NCBI GenBank assembly: GCA_964035545.1
Contig: OZ037767.1
Location: 2,429,680 to 2,493,679 of the forward strand
Source of the DNA: Bugula neritina
Lineage: Eukaryota > Animalia > Bryozoa
Reading direction: 5' to 3'
DNA: 64,000 nucleotides
Shown here: piece after piece, positions 13,557 through 25,285 of the stretch
Numbering within the stretch: the stretch's first letter is position 1
How the letters are laid out: every line of letters begins with the position of its first letter
Notes under the pieces: generated by a model
What the model saw: only the letters and a program-made list of their open reading frames with translations
Told to the model about the DNA's origin: nothing
Database searches by the model: none
Made by a program: the position numbers and the translations under genes

Positions 13557-15490
13557 TCAATATATAGCAGTGTTGGTAGTATTGAGTAGTTTGTAGGTGA
13601 GAATCCCACCAAGCGCTAGAAAACCAGCTATTAACAGAATTGGAATTGCGCAATGAACTGACAGTAGTGCCCCCATCAACACTATAGCCAATATAGAGGA
13701 GATCTGTTCAAATACTGCTCTTTGTAAACCCATAGCTGTTGATCTACAAAAGTCCACACTTCTTTATTATGTGCTTTAAGGAAGATTTATTCAAAATTAA
13801 CTCTTGTATAGAAAGTGTTGTGTCAATTTGAACTCTCATGGAGTGAGTACTAACTGAGCAATTTATTGCCACACCAGAAAACAATGCAACACGTGAATAT
13901 ATTACTACATAAAATTGCTTTGAAATGCAAGGTGTTTAAAAACCAATGTTTACAAGTAAATGATGGATGTAGTGGTAATACCAAACGTTAATTGTAACAT
14001 GGAGTAGTTATGATATTATAACATCACAATACAAAATATCAACAATAAATAGATAAAGCAACTCCAAAAGTGTTTTTAGGGCTATTCTTTGTAAGCTAAT
14101 TGCCCAAATTAACAATTTTAATTCATGCCTGCAGAATATAATTATAAAAATGACAGTATAATTTATTACCTAGGATGTAATCAATGGCATTGAAATGGCA
14201 TGTTATATATGAACACATTGATATTTTGGATACCGCTATAATGTTATGGTTTATATGGCTTCATGGTGCTTTTTTTAATAGTTCCAATCATCCAAATTAA
14301 ATAATATGCCAAATATGAATGCCTAATACAATACTGTGTATTTGATATATATATATTAACAGCACTTTAACCAAAATAAACTACTACATTATAACCAATC
14401 ATAGCAAACTCCGTACCTGATTTTAGTAGGGAAAAGTTCAGCATTAACTAGATGTGCCACATACTCGGATGCTCTACTCAATGCTGTGAAGATGCATGAC
14501 ATCACAATATACTTCCTGTTGGACTGGACACAAACCATATAAAGAATACGCTAACTGCATTCAGTATCATAGATACACCTAGAAATAAATTTAATTACAA
14601 CAATCATAGCTTTAAAATATTTATGTATTACAGAGTTGTAGCAAAATGTTCATATATTGCAAAAGTCATGCATACAGAATAAAAAAATTCAAAAACAGAG
14701 TAAAAACTACTGTCACAAACCTGGTACTAACCAGTCTACAATGCATATTAAGGTAAACACTGTAAGAAACACATGTCACCGTGAATATCTACCTCATTAC
14801 CAAAAGAGTAGGAGAGTGCAACTCCAGAGAAATTTGTCAAGAAGTAAGGTTATTACTCAACAGGTTTTATAAACTAATAAAATACATCATATATCATCTT
14901 GTCATGTGATTCTTGACATGTGATGTTGTGATGTGATATGTGACAAGTGAGATGTTACTGGTGACATGTGTCATGTGATGTGTGTCATGTGACTAGTGAC
15001 TAGTGACATGTGATGTGTGAAATGTGTCATGTTACTAAAGACATGCGACTAGTACAAAAGCCACATTTGCTGAGCTACTAAAAGTATTTAAAGAAATATA
15101 TTCCAGTTTTGAGAGGCATGAGAAAGTAGCAATAACATGACATTCCAATATATTGTAACGACTAGCTAAAAGAGAATCCCCTAATAATATAAGCTATGAC
15201 ATACTATAAGGTATAAAGTGTCCTGGGTAATATGGGTGCATTGTAATATGGCGCTATTTACCAAGAAGTACTTTTCTCTTTAAAAGATCAACCAGTAGCA
15301 AGTATACCAGGTGACCAGGTATATTGGTTGTGACTTGTATGAATGTGTCAGTATAGACTGAGCTCTGATCAGAGGTGTCACACTGCGTCTTATTGGATAG
15401 TGGTAGTGATGCGCCACACATTGACGTAGCGTCAGACTCAACCATTTGGTCTATCATCGTAGGAAACCACAATATCAGACCAAAGTACTG
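13557..15490 (-). pseudogene. Truncated, frameshifted duplicate of the last three exons of the SV2/SVOP-like gene
   Basis: Exons 15262-15490, 14417-14578 and 13557-13743 align with 2899-3125, 2267-2426 and 1274-1460. The middle exon is 162 vs 160 nt (extra AT at about 14507-14510, a frameshift). The first is 229 (or 226) vs 227 nt. I found no homologues of the upstream nine exons before the TAT 3' end. Confidence 0.8.
14900..15045. repeat. Degenerate TGTCATGTGA/GTGACATG short-unit tandem repeat
   Basis: Repeated tgtcatgtga, gtgacatg and gtgacta motifs in the pseudogene intron. Confidence 0.7.
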
Positions 15491-15577
15491 CTAAAATAGC
15501 GTATTCAGCAGGATTTGTTTAGGAAATAACAAGATAGTTTAGTTAAGTGAGTAGACATTCAAAATATAGAAAGCCTA

Positions 15578-15650
15578 AATATATATATATATATGTGTGT
15601 GTGTGTGCGTGTGTGCGAGTGCGCGAGTGCGCGAGCGCATGTGTGTATAT
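15578..15650. repeat. Compound microsatellite (TA)n(TG)n with GC-rich variants
   Basis: Directly visible dinucleotide runs. Confidence 0.85.
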
Positions 15651-16768
15651 AGAATTGAATTCTTGAAAATAGGAGATGAGAGGATAGCTCAGTATTTTTA
15701 TTGCACTACAAGAGTTGTTTTCTCTTATTGAACAGACTGTCACTAAGCCTTATAATGCATAATATGATAGTAGTTCTACAAACCCAGGTTTCCGTATTGA
15801 GAACATACAGAACGTGTTAGCAGTTTTATGACCTCTTCCACAGTATTTGTAGTCACCATATCAGCTACTACAGTTATTATACACCTATACTGTGTATGTA
15901 TATGGTTAACAGAAGTGAAGCCACTGTATATTATAATAATGTACTATTAGTTAATCTTGCTCATGGCCTGGCAAGTGGAAGCAATGACTTAAAACTATGT
16001 AAATTTATATATTGCAATGGGTGAATGTACTTGCAGTAATGGAGAATTTAGGAGAAGCATGAGGTTTAAATAAAAAGTGCAGTAAGTTGTGCTCTTGTGA
16101 GACTTTTAGCCTGCAGCAAAATTTATAGAGGAAACTCAAGAACTAGGACTATCAATTTTTTTACCATTGCACTTATAGGGGCTTATTCCCATTTTCAGCA
16201 CCAACTTGGATAATGAACTGCTTTTGTTTATTATTGCGGTAATATTGATAAAATATTGAGACAAATATCAAAAAGACATTGATCACAAGAAACCAGGTTT
16301 ATTTTAGATACTATACTTAAAGCAGCATTTTTCTTCAAAACCATTATCAGTCCAAAATGTAGATAAGATAAAATACAACACCATTATACCTATAAAGTTT
16401 CACACCATTACCAACACCAATACTAAATAGTGTAATAAAAACCTAAACCAATTTAATTATTGTAAACAAATTAATTAGTAAATATAATACTTAGGACTAT
16501 ATAATAATATATTGTAGTATATAATAATGTATTGTAACATATGTATAATAATGTATTATAATATATTATAATGTATAATATATTGTGATGCACTATATCG
16601 CAATGCATGTACTGAAATACAAACCCTGCCAGTACTCACTATAATGAAGAGATTCTTACTCAATTAACTCATACAAAAATAAAAGTACAGTTGAATATAA
16701 AAATATGACCATACGAGGTATATTGAGGTGATACACAATTTTCTGATGTGACAATAACTAGCCACAAA

Positions 16769-17018
16769 TAGCTGCCAGAATGAATAATGCTGCCGTTGAT
16801 GAACGTGCCCAATAGGTACAATAGCTGCCAAAAAGGGCTTGTCCTGCTGCTGCAAGGCTTATAAGGGAAATAGCTGCCAGAAAGAGCTTACAACAACCGA
16901 GTAGAGCTGCCAATGAAGGGGCGGATAGCTGCCAATGAAGGGGAGGATAGCTGCCAGAAGGGCTCCCAAAAAGGGGCAAATATTGTTGTTAAACATAAGA
17001 ACTGCCAATATGGGCTGT
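16769..17018 (-). promoter_or_regulatory. Cluster of miR-22/miR-745/miR-980-family target sites in the TAT 3' UTR
   Basis: Six perfect GGCAGCT heptamers on the mRNA strand (plus-strand sites starting 16769, 16822, 16871, 16904, 16926, 16948). Five have the A1 anchor (GGCAGCTA), and most have a downstream block resembling the miRNA 3' part (TGAAGGG, AAGGGCT, AAGAGCT). Degenerate copies occur at 16788, 16845, 16962 and 17000. The array lies 175-420 nt after the TAT stop. Confidence 0.7.
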
Positions 17019-17191
17019 AGATTAAAACAATGAGATTGACTACTTTAATACATAATTAGGTGATGAGAAATTTAGAATGTCATTTTTTGACTTGAAAAAA
17101 CTTATCTAATAATAATTATAACAGAAAAAAAAATTTCAGTAAATATTAAAATTGGCACAGTTAGATGTGTTGGTAGTATTAGCAATATCTG

Positions 17192-20100
17192 CTATGGCAA
17201 TCTTTGGTTATTGGCAATTCTGGAGTTACCCTCCCCTGTCGGCACATTGTTGAGCAGGTAAACACTGGAAGTGATGCGGCTCAAGATAGCAACTTTCCCA
17301 GTTTTCTTGAAGCTGGTGGTGAGACGGCCGTCACACTGGTAGTGCCGTTGACAGAACAGTGCTATTCTCTCGCAGGCTTCAATGGCTTTGTCTTTCGGCA
17401 CGCAGAGAACAATCCGGAAAAAGCCCGGCATGGAGAAACACTGCAGCAGACAGAAAACCCACCAACTATCAATCAAGTAAATTCAATAAATTTAATTTAG
17501 CTCAAATTTTACATCTACGAAACTCATGTGGGTTACAGTTGCCAACCCTGTGAGAACACCTAATGGAAAGGGTTTTATAACTAAGCTAGGGACTTTTTTA
17601 CGATTCTGGCAAAGGAACAATTATAATTAAATGCCCTTCCAAACATTACTGGGAATCAAACCATCGACCTTGTGTTTACTAAGCCATTAAGCTAAATGCT
17701 TTTTAAATCTTACTTCTATACTTGAATTCATTTCAAATGTCAATGCAAAGCTTACTAATTATTTAGATCTGATTCAGTTATCAACTCACCGAGGCAGGCA
17801 AACAGAACACCGACTCTTCTGACATGAGTGACTCGGTAAACTCGATGTCAGACTTGAAGGTCGGGAAGTTGTCAAGGTCTATTTTCACCATCATGTACAG
17901 AGCACCGGCTGGTTCAATGGGTTTCAAACCTTTGGTGCCCGAGATGAGCTCATAGAACATTCTGGAATTGCTCTACAGAATGATGAAATAATTGAATACA
18001 TCAAACATAAGTTCTACACTGGTAATCTGCAGCAAATCCTAGAAACTATTTCTCACTAGAAACAAGACGCCATGTTCATGTAATCATCAGTTAACCGAAA
18101 GTCAGCAAAAGATAAAAGTCAGCAGAAACTGAGAACAAAATTGAAAATTGATCTTCATGAGTCAGTCACTGATCATTTGAGCAAAATTAAAGTTGTCCCA
18201 AAAACAGTAGTTTTCCTAGACATTCAAACAAATTTTAAACATGTTTTCCAACTAAAACTCATCAATGCTAGACAGGCAAACATTGGCTTGTGTTGTAATA
18301 TTAAACCAAGAAGTGAAAAAGATACCTGAACAAGTTGCGTGGTGAAGTCAAATGAAGACTGTGGCGTAGACTTGAGTATATCTGGCAGAGCTCCCTGTAT
18401 AATAGAGCACGGCCCAAGAGTTCTCTGGGTCAAGGATGTTAAGCACCGCCTCATATCACCGGTGATAGCCCCAGCTCTGTCGTGTACAATCACCCACCCC
18501 AACCTCCAGCCCGGAACTAGAAACCTCTTGGAGATTGAACTGACAGTGAATACAGGCACAGTCTCGGAGACAGATGCGAATGGATAATGCTCTTTGTCAT
18601 TGTACACCTAAAACCAGAACAACTATAAAAATATGCTGCAACTCTCAAAATAAAACTTACACAACAAGTTAGTTAATGCCATTAGAGCCCTACTACAATC
18701 CCAATGGAAAACACTTTACAATACTGAAGCTGGTATTCACTGCGTTTCCATGACTGCGCGAATGAATGCTTCGTACGGATTATTTGTGGTTTGTGGTTTG
18801 CATTAACTTATAGTTGCGGTTTCATTCGATGTAACTGTTCCCATTAGCCGAATGAAAAAATCCATTCGCATAATGCGATAATGGAAACGCAGTGATTAGC
18901 TCATCTAAACTATTACATAATATTGATTATGATGTAACAGGTTCAGCAACCACCAACAAATATTATTATAATCCTACGGAAAATTTCCATCCAATAGTTC
19001 ATCAACATAAGGAGCTAGTAACGATAAGTACTATTGATTGTTTAGTAAACTGACCACATGTTCATAAACCTCATCAGCAATAATGGGAACTCTGTACATG
19101 TCGCAGACGTCAATGATCTCTTGCACATGCTCTCTAGAGAAAACTCCGCCACACGGGTTAGATGGGCTGTTGGTGATAATGGCTGCTGTCCCTTCATCTA
19201 TCTGAGATATCATGTGGCCAATGTCCACCTTCCAGCCATTTTCTGGCTAAAAGTTTCAGTTGAACAAAAAACTTTACACTTTTTCAAATGACTTCAACAT
19301 CTAGATTCTAGAACTTTCTACTTTAGTAGATTTATAATAATCAAATCTGTGATATTAAAACTGCCAGAGAAAGTTAAGCTATAAACAAGTACACTGGAGA
19401 AATATATATAATATAATGAAAATATTATGCCTAATACATTACAATTAAAAATCATATTATAATAAAATTACCATGTACAGTTTAATATAATTAAAAAACC
19501 ATATATAATAAAATTACAATGCATGGTATAAAATAATTAAATTACCATACAAATTACTGAACTCTGTATTGTATAACTCCCTTTTTATTGAAATTTTTAA
19601 AGTAGACATGCATTTTATTGTACTTCAGCTTAAAGTTGCATTGAAATAGATAAATGAACAAAAATTAATTGCAACTCAGTTTATACAAATTTTTTGTAAA
19701 ATGTTGGAACACAATTTCTCAACTAGAAGCAGTAGAGGAGAAATTCAAATAGCCTAAGTTATTTAGTTTTATTATTAAATTTTGGTTTGGGACCATAGAG
19801 GGAGATGCTATACCTGGAGGTCATAGAACTTGGTCTCAATGCCCATACTATGGGCCAGGGTCTGGTACAGAGGGAAGCCAGGTCTTGGCACAAGAATGTT
19901 TTGTCCTGGATTTGCAAGCAGATTTATCACAAGCTCTAAGGCTTGGGAGCAACCACTGGTCAATACAACGTCCTGCAATAAATTCCAACAATAATATCCT
20001 GTGCAATGCTACTAAGGGCATTCAATGGTTTAATCCCCTATGAACTGGACAAATAGGGGCCACAATGCTGGTCATTTGACCTTGGAATTCTTTGGTGTAT

Positions 20101-22398
20101 TGTTATCAACTTCTATTCAAAAGTATTCAACAAAGCCTAGTATACATCTACATAGAATTAAATCTGTTTTGAGCTTGGCAACCGTTAGAATAACAATTCC
20201 TCACCTGCACTGAGGCAGGGGCACCCATGCTGGTTGAATAGTCAGCCACAGCTTGTCTGGCTTCCATTGACCCTAAAGAACAATGTGCTTCTATTATGTA
20301 AGTCTTGTATTCATGTAACAGCTCTATACAATTAGTCATTGGAGAAAAGTACAAGAAATATTAATCCAAATATAGCAGTGTTTACAATGGCACTATGCCA
20401 ATTTTTCTTGAGAAAAACAAGTTCAATATATAGTAAATATCTAGAATGTATCATTTCTGGGTGATTAATTGGTTGCTCTAATTTCTAGCTTAGGAAAAAA
20501 GTAACAAAAAAGCAAAATATGATATAAAAAATATGATATATAGCCAACTGCTATGCAAGTTAATTGTTTAAAAATACTTTTCTGTATTCTGTAAGCTTTC
20601 ATGCTGAGCTGAATTTTATTTCACAATTATAGTCTAGTTGAAAGAGCCTACCCAGGGAACTAGGGTAGCCATTGTGGTTGCCACTCCTGACTGCCCTTAC
20701 CACAGCATCCACACATTCTTCAGCTACATTGAGGTTGCCAAACACTGTGGGATCACCTGCAAGAGCAGCCATCAATCAACACGTATAAATAAACATCTGC
20801 GTATCCATGGATACGATACATACCAAAGCATGAAGAGAGTAGCAAGGTTTCGCTACATAACTACCTATCACATCCAATCCTTTCTCACGAGCCACCAATT
20901 GCCACCATTTACAATCTGCTATGTCTAAAGAAGCAGAGCCTATTCACTACTAGACTACTTGGTAAACTAATCAAATCACTTGGAAGCATGCATCTTGGGC
21001 AACAGGGTTTCGTTGCCGGCAAATACGGTAAAGCTGGAATTATGTTGAAGTAAGAGAAGTTAGTAGACAATAACCAGACTCAGTATTGCTTGGCAAGTTG
21101 CATTAAGTTAAAATAGAAGCGTGAGTGTTTGCACTTGCAGCTTACGTGATCACCAGTGTCGTTTGATACTTATTCTTGGGTGTACTTCTGTCCGCTTGAA
21201 AATGTTCAAAGTGTTGGTGCGGCTAAAATATAAAGTTTTCTAAGAACACACGCACACACTACATCAGTGAAATTAGTGTTCATAATAAAACATATACAAT
21301 ATACAAAATCATCTTAAAACAATGTTTTACGATATTGTCTAGTAAGAGAAGATTATATAAGATATCAGGAACTATTACAATAGGTACAGTAACATTTGTA
21401 AGAACTAAATAGAAGTAATTATTAGTGGTAGTATAGCAAGAAGTATAATGAAATAGTAGATTTCATAAATATTGTAATATTAAATTAACACACCTGAGCA
21501 AAAATAACCACACTTTAGAACTTTAGTTAAAATATTTATTAGTATAAGAGATGAATCAATGCAACTATCCAGAGTATATTTAACTGGTTATATTCAATGC
21601 CTTACACACTAGGTCCAAGTTGCTGGGTCCAAGTTCCCAGTATACTATAATAGCCACCTGAAATTTGTGAACTTCATAGCATTAAATAAAACATTCGTTT
21701 GATTGAAAATAAAGAAGAAACAGAATTTAGTTTTTATGTCTGAAATATAATTTTGTTTCCAAATACACATTATTTTCTATTAGTTTAGTGGTTTAAATAA
21801 CAACAATTTTTCAAGTTGTAATTTAAGTTTTTAAATTTTAGTTGAACATTGTTGAAAGATTGTAATAAAATTAGCAGCACAATAATTTATACAAACTAAT
21901 AAACATTTTTATTATTCAGAAATTTTTTTTAAAGAATAAATAGATTTCATTTGGACCTGTAAAATGTAAATTTACCTAAAAACATATGCTACAACTCACA
22001 ACTACAATGTTACTTCAACGATTAAGATGAATTCATTCTATTTAGTGAATAGTAAAAATATTCAAATAGGCAAGCATATGAAAGAAGACATTATGATCAA
22101 AATAGAATAATAAGAAATAGTAAATAACAATCACAATGATGTAAACAAACACAGAAAATAAGGAAATGTAGATATTGGACTGACATTGATTATCTGACTG
22201 ATGACTTAACTTACCAATTGTCAATTTGATGAGTTCTTTGGAGGGGTTAGGGGATATGGTCATGCCATCAACAATCTTTCTGATAGGGTTCAATACTCTT
22301 TGGGATAACTCACTGGGTTTCAGGTTCCAATTCATATCTCTCACAATCACACCCTCCTCACTGCCACTGCTGTTGTTGTTGTTATTGTTGCTATTCAT
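17192..22398 (-). CDS. TAT: Tyrosine aminotransferase (class I PLP-dependent), about 473 aa, 8 coding exons
   Basis: Exons 22215-22398, 20652-20756, 20205-20272, 19814-19972, 19055-19246, 18326-18607, 17790-17972, 17192-17440. They are phase-consistent and sum to 1422 nt. Motifs: [60 protein letters not shown]-lysine motif [34 protein letters not shown]. Confidence 0.96.
17528..17700 (-). mobile_element. tRNA-headed SINE-like element (TAT last intron)
   Basis: The reverse complement gives A-box-like TAGCTTAATGG, B-box-like GGTTTGATTCC, core GTAATGTTTGGAAGGGCATT and tail AAGTCCCTAGC..AAAACCCTTTCCATTAGG..CTCACAGGG, shared with the copies at 25075, 43383 and 50476. Confidence 0.6.
18737..18895. 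mobile_element. MITE (non-autonomous DNA transposon) in a TAT intron
   Basis: Perfect 15-bp terminal inverted repeats TCACTGCGTTTCCAT (18737-18751) and ATGGAAACGCAGTGA (18881-18895), with further internal inverted similarity (GCGAATG/CATTCGC). No ORF. A possible 3-bp ATT flanking duplication appears if the TIRs are taken as 14 bp. Confidence 0.7.
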
Positions 22399-22923
22399 TT
22401 TTTGAGAATTCCTACATAAATTGAAAAACTTGAAATTTGCCAAAATATTCATATTGACATTAAAACAGCTACTAAGGCAAATCATAAACTTTTACATAAA
22501 ATTAAAGATTAACAATAACAACAAAACTTTAAAGAATTTTTTCTTGACTCTCACTGACATTAGGCTCAGCTAATGTTTTAATTTTATAAATTGAAAGTCA
22601 AACATAAATAACCAGCTAATTGATAACATCAACTTCAAGTTCAACATTTTCTATTTAGTATTTAGTGCAGCCAAGATGGAGGTGACATAATTTAATTTTA
22701 AAATTTTTAATTTTTATCGTTGCTATAAGTATAAATTTTAATTATACTCAATCTTATACTGTATAACTTAAGAGTTAAGTATATTGAATTTGATATTTAC
22801 TACTATATTTAGTACTACTATTTATAATATAATTTTAAACAAAAGTAGTAAATGGATATAGACTAATAATAATATGAATAGCAATATGCAAGTAAATGGA
22901 AATAATTGGGCTGCATCGTTCAC

Positions 22924-23135
22924 CTGCGGAAGTAATCTAGTTCAAGAAATAGTTGGTTGGTGCGTCAGCTGGCTCGACTGTTTTTTCTCGGAGTGAAATG
23001 CGTAGACTGGCTGCCTTGTGACATTTGCATCTACTTAAATATTCCGTTATGGAGCCATCGCCTTCCGCGACTGCATTGGCTAATTATTAGGGCTGGGCGA
23101 AGGTGTGTCAAGAAATTAGCGATTTGATTGGCTGG
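22924..23135 (-). promoter_or_regulatory. TAT non-coding first exon and core promoter
   Basis: Donor CAG|GTGAAC at 22924/22923, with the matching acceptor at 22411 just upstream of the ATG. The region is GC-richer, with a TATA-like TATTTAAG (23034-23041), two AGCCAAT (NF-Y-type) boxes at about 23075 and 23127, and a GC-box-like GGGCGAAGG at about 23095. Confidence 0.55.
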
Positions 23136-25074
23136 CTGTACTGCGTGCTTCTCACCAAGTCACTCAGGCGTAAACAAACACTTCGTCGCTGCGTGGTTAT
23201 TCCATCCACTACTTTTCATTTTGGTCGCCTAGAATGTGATTTTATTTCCATCTCCACCCAATGGGTTCGGTTTTATGCAAATAGAAAACTCGTTCCAACT
23301 TCATAGTGCTATGCATATAATTTAATTAAAATTTATTATAACTATCAGCTACTAGATATGCAGTTGCACTGTGATTAGCTGCTACTATAGTATAGTTATG
23401 TAATGTCTACATGTGGTGAATTGGTAGCGAAAATAAATAATTTAAACCTTTACCTGTTTTTGCCAACTGTGTTTAGTTGTTAGCCAGTTAAGTGTCTGTA
23501 ATATGCATCCTAGAAGCGTTATACAGCAGTACCAGTATGTAATAATACTGGTAACTTCTTGAAATAGCTAGCACTGCATCTATAGGTTTTAAATAATTTC
23601 CTCCAAACATGCTACAATAATATTCTGAATCCTTTGTGATCACATATTGATCAGAGATAAAACATTCCATTGAAATTCAAAATATTTTTACACGATAATT
23701 ACAACCCATATGTTATTTTTAGAAATCCTGTTCAGAGATGGTGTGATTAATGAAGAATTGCAAAACAGTTACTATTTAGTATTTACTGTGTGAAAAGCTT
23801 CTAGAAAAATTTCAAAGCATTTCAAACTATAGCCATGAGCAGGATCTGCTCATTACTTAGTCTATACTCCCCTGGCAAGTTGCCAACAACTAATCAAATA
23901 AATGGCGAAATACTGCTGGCACTTTGCCAAAGCCACAAAACCTTTCTGTCTGAAAACTGCAATTGTTTTGAAAAATCGAGATATTATTAGTTGAGTTTAA
24001 TGGAATATTCCGAGAATTAAACTGCAAAAATGACAAGCAACACCTGGATGTCTTGACAGTTAAAAGTTTTAGTAAGGCTTCAGTAGCAAATAATTACAAT
24101 GGTGGAATGTCATGTATATCATATAGCATGTTAAGCTTTGAAATAGCATGCCACGTGATAATAAGAATGGTTTATTAATGAAGCTAGGCTATAAGCCTGA
24201 TCATTATATATGAATAGAATCATAAGCATTGGGTTCACAAATTAGGGTGACAATATAACCCTTCATGATCTATAAGTTATAGAGAGTAATAATTCTTATT
24301 CATGAAGTACCCAGCGAAACTTCACTCAAATATTTTACCCTCTGTCACTCTCTTGGAACTTTTGATGGCTAAAAAACATCTAAACTCCAAGATTTGCATA
24401 CAATTGGCTTGTTGTGTAGCATGATATAGCTGCTAGCCTGCTACTATATAAAATAAAGCTATTCTTTGGCTATTTACTGATTTTCCTAATACTGAGGCAG
24501 TGATGCAAACATTCTTGGAATAAAATCTCTCAGTAAACATCAGGTGATGTGTTGGTGAAGCTGATGCAATGCTTTCACTTATTTCATTGTTGTCAATTAT
24601 TCGTATGATGCATGAGGGAATAACTCTGAGTAATCATAATACTGGTGTTATAATACTACTTTAGTAAGAGCAAATTTATTGTTGTTAATTCTTGTAATTT
24701 TATTAAAATTTATGAACAATTTAAAAATTATCACAATATAGAGGAAGGTGCAGTAATGGAGCAAAAGAAGTTGTAGTTAATGTAGTAGTTGAAGTTTATT
24801 TAAAACGCAAAATATAGTTGAATGGGTTACAATGTAGGTACTGTAATTAGGCCATACATGTAGATCAGATAAATTTCTCATAGTAGCACCTGAATTAACT
24901 GACATTTTTTAATTAGACAAAAGCAGTGCTAAACACAACTTCAGATCAGACTAGATCTGGAAACATTAGCATATAAGATTATAGGCATAAATGCATTTTT
25001 ATTGATAATAAATCACAAAAATTAATAGCCTAACCTCAAGTTGCAGTTTTTGCATCAACTTTGAAATAAGTATA

Positions 25075-25285
25075 AAGCCTGGTGCTGGCCTGGAAAACAT
25101 GAGGTCAGCGGTTGAGGCCAAACACTAGTGGTGATGTTAAGAAGAGCATCTAGTCACAATTGTTTCTGTACCATATTAAAAAAAGTTCTCAACCTGTTTG
25201 AAAACCCCTTCCATCAGGGGGTTCTCACAAGGATAGCCATTAGGGGTTTCCACAGGGATAGCGACTATTAACTTGAGTGAGTTTT
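25075..25285 (+). mobile_element. SINE-like element, same family
   Basis: Core TGGTGATGTTAAGAAGAGCATCTAG and tail AAAACCCCTTCCATCAGGGGGTTCTCACAAGG match the other copies. Confidence 0.55.

Noticed and set aside
16664-16979. ORFs 16758-16979 and 16664-16855 as coding exons or a small gene
   Set aside because: They are by-products of the repeated TGGCAGCTA motif. The 22-nt spacing shifts frames, there is no homology, and the region lies after the TAT stop.
16769-17018. The array as a plus-strand cluster of miR-745-like miRNA genes or as a CRISPR array
   Set aside because: There are no star arms or hairpins and the spacing is as short as 22 nt. Repeats are non-identical, the context is eukaryotic and there are no cas genes.
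23010-23021. GCTGCCTTGTGA match to miR-980 near the TAT transcription start
   Set aside because: The seed is incomplete, there is no hairpin, and it probably lies at or upstream of the TSS. Most likely chance.
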